From the NCBI GenBank assembly GCA_963845755.1, contig CAWJTV010000042.1, forward strand, positions 1 through 64,000: a stretch of 64,000 nucleotides of DNA, in the 5' to 3' direction. This DNA is from an uncultured Planctomycetota bacterium (GTDB lineage Bacteria; Planctomycetota; Planctomycetia; Isosphaerales; Isosphaeraceae). Position numbers and translations under genes: made by a program. Below are positions 23,301 to 31,600 of this stretch, piece by piece. Within the stretch, counting starts at the first letter, position 1. The number at the start of each line of letters is the position of its first letter. The notes under the pieces are model-generated. The model was not told the origin of the DNA and made no database searches. It worked only from the letters and a program-made list of their open reading frames with translations.

Positions 23301-23718
23301 CCGACCCTGGGATGATCCGGGAGCGATCACCGGGCCGACGCCGTAGACCCCGGCCACGCCGATCGGCCCGAACCGTCGCTCGGCCAGCCGGTATTGCTCG
23401 AGGATTTGCCGGTCCCAGTCCGGCGGCAGGACCACATCCTGGTGCACGCAGACGACCCACTCGTGCTTCGCCCGCTCCCGGCCGGCGTTCAGCGCCTCCG
23501 CGGCGTTGGGCGGGTTGCGGAGGACGATGACCTGGTGCGGTGCGCCGGGTCCCAGGCACGGTGAGGCCATCAGGTTCGCCGCGAGCACGGCCTCGTCGTT
23601 GACGCAGACCGCGATCGAGAGCGGGACGGCCTGATGAAGCGGCCCGGTCGAACGGACGGGGATCGCCGCCTTGAGCGGCCCGAGGCGCGTCGCGCGGCGT
23701 CTGGTCAGTGCCCGGCAT
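20337..23718 (-). CDS. Multidomain glycosyltransferase: GT2-like (Glyco_tranf_2_5 type) + GT2 + GT2 + TPR; several frameshifts
   Basis: GGAGG SD and ATG at 23718; VCVHQDV..FHLYGADLCLQ; LASIIVPCWNQ..VIDNGSTD..LLNND..LSGFCLL..DDDD; VSLTMIVRDEE..VVDTGSTD..WLDADD..RVHEQI..HTGY; C-terminal TPR helices. Confidence 0.85.
21541..21596. repeat. 8 x 7-bp tandem repeat C[GA]GAATC within the GT coding sequence
   Basis: cggaatc cggaatc cagaatc cggaatc cggaatc cagaatc cggaatc cggaatc; encodes IPDSGFW repeats. Confidence 0.95.
22081..22164. repeat. REP-like hairpin (AAAACGGGGACTGGCTC...GTGCCTGTCCCCGTTTT) inside a GT2 domain
   Basis: Inverted ends; second copy at 25441-25496. Confidence 0.8.
22714..22806. 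repeat. REP-like inverted repeat (about 26-bp arms) in a GT interdomain linker
   Basis: cccccccgaacccccccttcgtaagg pairs with ccttacgaagggggggttcgggggg; read through as PPEPPLRKGG...PPYEGGVRGG. Confidence 0.85.
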
Positions 23719-23902
23719 CTCGCCTCCCAAGCCGCTCAAGGATGAATGAAGATGATCCGGCTGCCATGCCGCGCGATGCGGAAACGCAGCTCGCGGGGCC
23801 GGCCCAGGGCGTCGCGCATCGCCCGATGCCACCAGGGGGGTGCCACTCGAGCGCATAACGGTTGGGTCGCACACCATGAGAGGCGATGCGAGAGGCCATA
23901 TC

Positions 23903-24120
23903 GAGCCCCCGAATGGGGGCGTCAGGACGTAGCCTGGGGCGTGAGCCCCAGGAACAGCGACCCCACGACATTTCTCCGTCCTGCGAGCCCCGGAGGGGCG
24001 ACAGAAACCCTGGGGATCCGGGAGTTTCTGTCGCCCCTCCGGGGCTCGCAGGACGGTCGTGACGGCCTCGGCCGAGATCCTGGGGCTCACGCCCCGGGCT
24101 ACGTCCTGACGCCCCTCTGG
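23903..24120. repeat. Nested double inverted-repeat element (REPIN/MITE-like)
   Basis: Outer arms about 23917-23953 and 24078-24115; inner arms about 23977-24008 and 24024-24055. Confidence 0.85.
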
Positions 24121-24159
24121 GACGATCCGGAGAGCCTCGGGTTGTGCGCAACTCGACCG

Positions 24160-24658
24160 TTACGCGCTCTGGCAGCAGGAACCCGCCGCCCCCCGCTCCC
24201 AGCAACTTGCCGCCCGCGGCGCCGGCCCGACGCGCCGCCGCGTACCACTGATCCACCGGCTCGTTGCCGATCCCGCAGCCCAGCGACCGCGTTCGATCTC
24301 CCAGCCGTGATGCAACAGCTCGACGAACCGGTCGAGGTTTCCGGCGCCGCTGCTGGACCCTATCCCGGTCCCCGCCGGCACGTCGCCGATCGCGGTGATC
24401 TCCAGCGGCTCGTCCACTTCCCTGATCCGCATCGCCTCGCGGCCGAGTCTCGTGCCGGACTTCATCGAGCGCCTCGGCGACCTCGGTCCGCGAGTCGCTG
24501 ACGCGGATGTTCGGCTCGAACCGGCGGTGGATCGTGACATCGATGTGCTGATCGATCGTCGTGCTCAGCACGGCGCCGTACTCCTGCCGGTAGAAGGCCG
24601 GCAGATCGGTGCCGCCCCCGGCGAAGCTGACGCGATACGGAGTCTGGGAGATGATCAT
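24160..24658 (-). pseudogene. GHMP sugar kinase remnant (HddA-like, heptose-7-phosphate kinase family) with large internal deletion
   Basis: MIISQTPYRVSFAGGGTDLP, DVPAGTGIGSSS joined directly to LLHHGWEI..AGAAGGKLLGAGGGGFLL; central part absent. Confidence 0.8.
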
Positions 24659-24779
24659 GGATGCGACACCTGATGCTGGATGTTCTGCCCCAGAGGATCG
24701 ACAACGAGGCCGTCCACGCGTTCTGCTTGGCAAGAAATGACATAACCGAGTACAATGCGAGACGAGGAGGACGATCCTG

Positions 24780-25041
24780 ATGACAACCATGAACATTTCC
24801 CTGCCCGAGGACATGAAGGCGTTCGTGGAGGCCCAGATGACCCAGGAGGGCTATGCCACGGCCAGCGAGTATCTGCGCCTTGATCCGCGAGGCCCAGAAG
24901 CGCCGGGCCAGGCGCGACCTGGAAGCGAAATTCCGCGAGGCCCTGGAGAGCGGCCCCGCCACCCCGATGACTCGTGAAGATTGGGACTCGATCGAACGAG
25001 AAGCCCTGGAACGACTGTCACCGCAACAGGTCGGCCCATGA
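24780..25041 (+). CDS. parD: ParD-like ribbon-helix-helix antitoxin; frameshift near 24880
   Basis: MTTMNISLPEDMKAFVEAQ..GYATASEY(L)R-LIREAQKR..ALESGPATPMTREDW; GAGGAGG SD; TTGGCA/TACAAT upstream. Confidence 0.85.
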
Positions 25042-25416
25042 GCGTCACGATCTTCAAGCGTCAAACGGCTCGACAGGACCTTGTGGACATCTTCTATCAC
25101 TACGCGACCCGGGGAGCCGTGCCAACGGCTCGCCGATTCCTCGCCCGGGCCGAGGCGACGTTCGACCGATTAGCCAGGATGCCCGGCCTGGGTACGCGCG
25201 TACGAGCCGGATGAGCCGCTCTATGCCGAGCTGCGCTTCTTTCCCATCGATCACTTTACCAAGTACGTGCTCTTCTATCGGCCGATTCTCGACGGCATCG
25301 AGGTCTTTCGCGTCCTGCACGGGGCACGCGACATCGCCCGCATTCTGGCAGAGGATTTCGGCCTTGAGGCGGGTGACGAGCCTGAAGGAGAAGGTGGTGA
25401 CGAGACCAACGATTGA
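25038..25416 (+). CDS. parE: RelE/ParE family toxin; frameshift near 25200
   Basis: ARQDLVDIFYHY..ARRFL..LARMPGLG then YVLFYRPILDGIEVFRVLHGARDI; ATGA overlap with antitoxin. Confidence 0.85.
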
Positions 25417-25440
25417 ATCTCCCCCGGCCCCTAAGAGGCG

Positions 25441-25496
25441 CTAACAAAACGGGGACTGGCTCCGAGTCTTCGAGGTGCCTGTCCCCGTTTTGTTAG
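25441..25496. repeat. REP-like hairpin after parE (may double as terminator)
   Basis: ctaacaaaacgggga pairs with tccccgttttgttag; same family as 22081-22164. Confidence 0.75.
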
Positions 25497-25745
25497 GGCC
25501 TGTAAACCGCTCGCGCCGATGGCCATGTTCTTTGTTATGGGGCTGGCCCGGCCCCCCTCCAAAGCCTCACCGCGCCTCCTGTTCCTCGCGGCAAAACGAG
25601 AGGTACACCGGCCCGCGGCCGGGCGCCGGTCTGATCCGGATGGACCCAGAATTGCCGTGACATCGCAGCGGCGAAACAACCGGGAACTCGGTCTGACCCC
25701 GACCTATTCCCTGCCAATTCTCGCATCTCTGCCTCCTTTGGGCGT

Positions 25746-25773
25746 CCGGAAAAATGAAGCGACACCAATTTCC
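25746..25773 (+). repeat. 28-bp direct repeat, copy 1
   Basis: CCGGAAAAATGAAGCGACACCAATTTCC is identical to 26954-26981. Confidence 0.9.
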
Positions 25774-25886
25774 ACCTCTCCTCTCCGGGGAACTCCCCGT
25801 GTCCGATCGTTGTCGGGCCCTGGGGCAGCGTGTATCATCGAGAGATCCAGGGAATTCATCCGAGTCCGATCGGAAGGAGCAACGCC

Positions 25887-26324
25887 ATGCAAACCCGAGG
25901 AGATGACGGCGTGGGGCGGTTCAGTGTCGAGATCGAGGTCGTCAACGATGCGGACTTGATCCTCGCTCAGGGCGGCCACATACCCGCCGACCAGGTCCGT
26001 CGTGAGACAATCCAGGCCCTGGTCGATTCCGGGGCGACGAAGCTGGTGTTGCCCGAGTCCCTCGTGAGACGGCTGGGCCTGCCGTGGGGCGACCCCATCA
26101 ACGTCCGCTACGCCGACGGCCGCCGAGCCCGCCGCAAGGGGGTGGATCGGGTCTACGTCCAGCTCCTGGGTCGTCACGGGACCTTCTCCGCGATTTGCGA
26201 ACCGAAGCGCGAAACCGCCCTGATGGGCGCCATCGTCCTGGAAGACCTCGATCTGCTGGTGGATTGCACGGCCCAGCGGGTCATCCCCCGCGATCCCACC
26301 GGCATCACCTCCGAGATCGAGTGA
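25887..26324 (+). CDS. Clan AA (retropepsin-like) aspartic protease
   Basis: ALVDSGAT catalytic motif, YADGR flap, LMGAIVLEDLDLLVD; GGAAGGAG SD. Confidence 0.88.
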   Translation: MQTRGDDGVGRFSVEIEVVNDADLILAQGGHIPADQVRRETIQALVDSGATKLVLPESLVRRLGLPWGDPINVRYADGRRARRKGVDRVYVQLLGRHGTFSAICEPKRETALMGAIVLEDLDLLVDCTAQRVIPRDPTGITSEIE

Positions 26325-26538
26325 ACGCGAAACTCGGTCTGCCCCCCCGGACTCCGATGCGCGACCTGTCTCCTTTCTGCGGTCGGGGACTGTGTCAGTC
26401 CGGTTTATTTGTTATGTCCCCTTATTCCCTTTCTCTCCCTTATTCCCTTTCTCTGAAAAAAACCTGAAACCTGGTCTGACCCCGACCTCCCGGACCCCGA
26501 CCTCCCTGCGACCTCCCTCCCCGACCTCCCTCAGCCTC

Positions 26539-26889
26539 TCACCGCACCTCCCGCTCCTCGCGGCTGAGGTAGAGGAACCATGGGGACCCGCGCCGGACGA
26601 CCGGCTTCAGCTCACCCGTCTCGGCATCGGCCTCGAGGACCAGGTGTCGCACGGGCTGATCGCGAAACACTTCAACCCGGCCGTCGGCCCAGGTCAAGCG
26701 GAAGACCCCCTTCGGGACATCGTGCTCGAAGGCGAAGGTGGGCTTCTCGCGCAGCACCATGGCGGCCAGCTTCTCGGCCGTCGCGGCGCCGCCGCTCCAC
26801 TCGGTGGTGCCGCCCAACTGGCTCCGGCAATCGTAGGTGTAAACCGTCGTCGTCGGGGATTCGGGTCGTTTCGGCGAAACGTCGTTCAT
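26539..26889 (-). CDS. Small hypothetical protein with a single YD/RHS-like motif
   Basis: GGAGG SD before ATG at 26889; TTTVYTYDCRSQL. Confidence 0.6.
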   Translation of the reverse strand: MNDVSPKRPESPTTTVYTYDCRSQLGGTTEWSGGAATAEKLAAMVLREKPTFAFEHDVPKGVFRLTWADGRVEVFRDQPVRHLVLEADAETGELKPVVRRGSPWFLYLSREEREVR

Positions 26890-26953
26890 GGATGGCCTCC
26901 CGAGAAAGTATACAGATGTTTTTCCTGTCATGATCTGGATGTGTGTAGACGAC

Positions 26954-26981
26954 CCGGAAAAATGAAGCGACACCAATTTCC
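26954..26981 (+). repeat. 28-bp direct repeat, copy 2
   Basis: Identical to 25746-25773. Confidence 0.9.
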
Positions 26982-27011
26982 CCTTTATCCACTGACCCCT
27001 TTATCCAAACC

Positions 27012-27195
27012 GTCCCAAAACCATCATGGCAGGCTTTTTCCCCTTTTCTGAAGCGCTACCCGCTTCCGCCGCCGATTGCGATTCACTCCGTGTACCGTCG
27101 CGTAGCGAGCCCATGACATGACGAGCCGTATGCACGAAAGTGCACGTACGGATCTGTGGGAGCCCTGGGGGAGCGATCCCCCGGGGCGACCCGGC
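27012..27195 (+). mobile_element. Group II intron 3' remnant: RT/maturase C-terminus plus domains V and VI
   Basis: SWQAFSPFLKRYPLPPPIAIHSVYRRVASP* (stop 27114-27116); DV GAGCCGTATGCACGAAAGTGCACGTACGGATCT (27123-27155) with AGC triad and GAAA loop; DVI hairpin ending CGACCCGGC. Confidence 0.88.
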
Positions 27196-27280
27196 CCTTT
27201 TTTCCCAAGAGGTACTCCATCTTGTAGTGCGAGTTCTCAAGCCTGCACAGATTTCCCAGGCTAAAGCGCTACGTCCCGCT

Positions 27281-29317
27281 TTATTGCCCCGCTTTATTGC
27301 CCCTTGGCAAGAAAGGAGGGCCAGGTTGGGGGTGCACGTTTCGGAAGAATTCGGCCCACAGCGGTCGGAGCCTGTCCGGATGCCAGCGTTCGGCTTCCTT
27401 CATCGCTTTGTGCTCTGCATCTCGTACAACCGAGGATCATCCCAGAGGCGGATGACCGTCTCGACCCACGGCTCAACCTCCTCGGCCGTCGGAAGGAGCT
27501 CACTACCAGGTGTTAGTCGATCAGGTAAGGGTAGAGTGAAGCCGGCATCCCCCAGAGTCTCAGGGATCCCACCTCGATCGGAGCCGATCACAGGGATTCC
27601 ATTGATCATGGCTTCATAGCCTACCGCCGGTTGATTCTCCCACCAGAGGGAGGGCATCAGCGCGATTTTGGTCAAGCTCCAGAACTGCCGGGGGTCGAGC
27701 GTGTTAGACATGAATCGAATATTGCCGTGAGCATCGGGATCGAGCCCGGACGCAGCATGAGTTTCCTTAGTGCCACGGCTCTCCACAACCAAGAATGGGA
27801 TGTCAGGTCGGCGGCGTCCCAACTCGTCGGCGATCCGGGCAAACGCGTAGACTCCCTTCTCAAGTGACGGATTTACGAAGGTAACGAACCTCGGAGTACG
27901 AAAGTTGACCGAAACACGGCTCCAGTCCACCAGATTGGAAAGCGCATGAGATGCGAGACCGACATCATCCCAGTAGAATGTGTGCGCGAAGTTGGAAGGA
28001 ACCGTACAGTAATCGACATTCCAGAAATTATTAATATCAGTATATCCAAACGTATGAACAGCGAAGATTACCGGAATATCTCGCCGTTTGGCCAGTGCAA
28101 TCATCCCTCGCGTTATAGAATCGGAACCATAGGTGAGCATAGCATCAGGTTTATAGGTTTCTAGAAACTTCTCGAAGAAATCAAGGACAGCGAGGCTCTC
28201 TTCTGGATCCGACGGAAGGTACTGCGTCGAATCCAGTCGCATCACCGTGATCGGTACCCCGTGCCGCCGGGTGAAAAGGACTCGTCCACGATGCGAGCCG
28301 GCGAGCAAGGCGCGGATTTGAAAGGGCTCTCCCAGTTGGTTAATGATGTCCTCGAAGCAGACCTCCCTCTCGAAGTACAGTTTGGTAGTACAGAACACTT
28401 GACAATCGAAACCGGAAAGGCGAAGGCCCCTGAGAGTGTCCAAGGTTGACACGGAGGCACCGTTTGAAGGATCGACAACCGAGTGGAAGGATGCGAACAC
28501 AACCTTCCTCACGGGATTGCGGCCGAACCGCGCCAAGCCGGCATCATGATAGAGCGGTTTCGCTTCGAGATAATTAGCCACAGCCCGGGCATGCTGTTGA
28601 GCAGAGATCTTTGGCGGCGGGTTTCCTCCGGCCTGGACGTGGCAACGCCCGCTCTTCCACCGAACGAACAAGAATGACGCTCCGCACCTTGCAAACCGCT
28701 TCCAGAGGTCACCGTGCACGTCCCACCAGAGGTTCTCGTCGAAACCACCGACTCGCAATACGATGTCCCTCGTGTGGGCGACCCCGAGTGGTGCAGCCAC
28801 ATCGCCCCCTCTCACGAAAAGGTCCCCCTTGACTCGGCCTGGACAGCGTGTTGGCCCCAGTTGCACGCGCCCGTCTTCCAGATGCCATATGATGTCGTAT
28901 TCGAACATAAATATATCAGATTTCCCCTGGTATCGAGCCACATTTTCAAGATAATCCAAGTTATACTCATCCTCGCAGCCTATGTAGGTTATCATGTCCC
29001 CAGATGCGCGCTGGATGCCGGCGTTACGAGCGGCGCCTGGGCCGGGAGAATCATGGGTCGCCACAACATGGATACGGGCGTCGGGGCGTGATCGGGATAC
29101 GAGTCTGCGCGTGACTTTCAGCCGTGGACTCGACGTCAACGACCAACAATTCCCAACTTCGAAAGGTCTGACGCTCAACAGACAAGATCGTGCGGTTGAC
29201 CAAGGAGGCATCGCCCTGAGCGATCAGAATTACAGATATACGGGGCGCAAGGACGCAACGACAAGCGTCAGCTCCAGGGGTGCCTCGAACAACATTTTCT
29301 TCACACCGGCCGTGCAC
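27281..29317 (-). CDS. GT2-GT4 fusion glycosyltransferase; frameshifts near 29100-29200 and 27405; start uncertain
   Basis: RISVILI..QTFRSWELLVVD, GPGAARNAGI; then VFASFHSVVDPSNGAS, VTFVNPSLEKG, LMPSLWWE..EAMINGIPVIGSDRGGIPE; C-terminus EAERWHPDRLRP in an alternate frame. Confidence 0.8.
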
Positions 29318-29499
29318 GTCACCAGGCTCCTCTTACCTGATAATGGAGGTGATCAGCAATCGTTCTATTCCATCGACCCTGATCTACATCCCCTTCACGA
29401 ATGCCTCTAAGCAGGTAGAAAAGACGGCGACAGACGATGGCGTGGCTGCCAGCAACCATCAGTGTTCACCGGGTCAGGTTCCGCCCGAAGGGCGGCGTG

Positions 29500-29789
29500 A
29501 CGGCTGACACCACTAACCACCGGCTGATTGCGAGCGCCACCGGCGCCCTGGTTCTCATTAGATAGAAATACCCTGATCCTCTTATCCTTCGCACTCCACT
29601 CTTCAAGTAGGTCACGGCTACCGTCGGAAGTACGCCACGGCCACGGTCGTACGACGCATCATCAACAGGCAGAAGCTCCCAATGCTTGGAGGACTGCGCA
29701 ATTACCCGGCCTATGGAGCGCTCAAGAGCCCACTCCACGTTGAAAACCGTCATGATCGCGGAGACGTCGGCTCGATCCAGCCCATTCAT
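29500..29789 (-). pseudogene. Truncated GT2 N-terminal fragment
   Basis: VSAIMTVFN..WELLPVDDAS then (other frame) SDGSRDLLEEWSAKDKRIRVFLSNENQGAGGARN, after which similarity ends. Confidence 0.65.
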
Positions 29790-29811
29790 GAATCCCACCC
29801 TTCGGTCCAGG

Positions 29812-31451
29812 TCACCGAGCGTCCCAGTCGATCGATCCGCCGGGCACGCTCGCTTTGGGAATGGGTAATACTGTTTCTCTGCGGAGAGAACCGGCCGCCA
29901 GGCGATCGCGAGTTGCAAGTTCAGGCTTTCCGATATCGTCCCAGAACTGGGCGCGGCTCAAATACCACTGAGGTTCGCTAGGATCCAGCCGGATGGATTC
30001 CGCGAAACTCGCTTTCGCCTTCTCCAAGTCGTTGAGGAAGTGGTAGCCTTGGGCCCTGCAGTTGATGGCGAAGCACCTCTCGAAGTCAGTCAACTCTGAA
30101 GGGCGCCAGCGCTCGAGCAGGGCATCCATTCTCTTGACAGCCGACTGACAACCAATTGAGTTGCTGGAGGCTCGCGAGCGCTGGATTTCGTTCAGAGCAT
30201 GAATGATAATGGCGTAATTCCACGAGGGGTATAATTCCACGCACTTCTGGGAGTCGGAGTAGGCCCAATCGGCCAGGCGTTGGCAGTCGCCCACAGGAAT
30301 CACTTGCCAGAATCTCTTTAGGTATAATCGATAGGTCTCGCTCCGCTCGAGCAGCGCCCCCCCATACTCAGCGTGTATCGCGAGGGCAGCATTGCACAGA
30401 TCCGTCGCCTCGCGATAGCTCCCCGACTTACGAAGGGCTTGGGCCTTCCTCACGAGAGCGATCGCCTTGTGGTACTGGCTAAGCTTTGGGTCGGGTCCAA
30501 GGGGGCGGGGAGATTCCTGAGCTCTGAGAGTTGTCCGAACCAACCTATCAAGGTGATGATAAGAGATCAATTGGCCGATGGGAGATAGGGTTACACAGGC
30601 GCACTCGGACACGGATTCAGTGGCAAGATACTTACCCCACGCGACGATGGCGACGATTCGACCGTCGGGGAGGAAGACTGGGGCGCCGCTATCACCAGCC
30701 GCGAAGCGGGCAGAGCGAATCGTTAAGACGTCCAGGGCGCTCCACCAGGGGACCTCTGAAGGACATTACCGCCGGATGGGCGGCACCGGAGGTGAAACCC
30801 GCAATGGGAGGCCGAGACTCCGACGGTCGAAAACCAGCGCCAAGCAGGGAGTAACCAAGTTTGCCAACACATCGTTCATCGAGGCACTGCGTGTCTGAGT
30901 CGCTCACGAGGGTAAGCTCTACTGGCAAATCTGGGCCGTCATCGTGGAGCTGAATCATCGCCACATCGTAAACACCTTCGATCTCGCCATCCTTAGGGTC
31001 AAAAGAGCGGGCGCGAAGCCCGTGATCGAGCTCTCTCGTGATGCCCGGGTGAAACCATACTTGCTTGATGCGATACGGGTAGCAGGAACCATCCAAGAAG
31101 GCTCGAGTGGCATTGCTCCTGTAAAAAAAGTCAGCGATGTGAGCGGCCGTAATTACGATTCGATGCTTCCGCGAAACGACGAAGCCAGTGCCATGACTGT
31201 CCCCCGGTATCCCAAGGAAGACGATTCCTGGCCTGAGCTTCTGCGCCGCCGCGCGTAGCTGGTCGTGTGTCGAAGAAGCGGGAATCTCGTGATGACGCGT
31301 CGGTTTGCAGTTACCCGTGGGCGGCGAGACTGCAGCGATGTCCGCGCGTTCTGAAGTTTGCGTCTTCTGCCCAGCGTCAAGTCTGAGAACGAGGGCCCCG
31401 AGCGTAATGGTGACGAGTATCGAGCGCTCCCTTCGAGTGCACCGCTTTCAT
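29812..31451 (-). CDS. Exported trypsin-like (S1) serine protease fused to TPR domain; frameshifts just after the start and near 30700-30765
   Basis: GGGGAG SD and ATG at 31451; signal-like SILVTITLGALVLRLDA; GTGFVVS..IVITAAHI (His), YDVAMIQL (Asp), GDSGAPVF at 30679-30696 (Ser), which is in frame with TPR ORF 29812..30612. Confidence 0.8.
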
Positions 31452-31600
31452 CGATCTCCCCGATCGGATCCGAGTTCCGCTGGCGGCTCTGATTTCATGA
31501 TCAGGTTTGCAACCGCTTCGAACATCCGACTTGCCACCAAAAAACAGGGCCTTTCGAGCTTGTTCTGGCATGATGTTACCCACACGGTTCCATGAAGAGC

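Noticed and set aside
25686..26981. CRISPR array from the 28-bp repeats
   Set aside because: Only two copies about 1.2 kb apart, no regular spacers and no cas genes
27012..27195. Retron or diversity-generating retroelement
   Set aside because: No RT catalytic core (YADD) and no template/variable repeat pair seen; the structure is group II DV/DVI
30578..31258. Plus-strand ORFs 30578..30898 and 30944..31258
   Set aside because: Antisense shadows of the trypsin-like domain, which has a full catalytic triad on the minus strand
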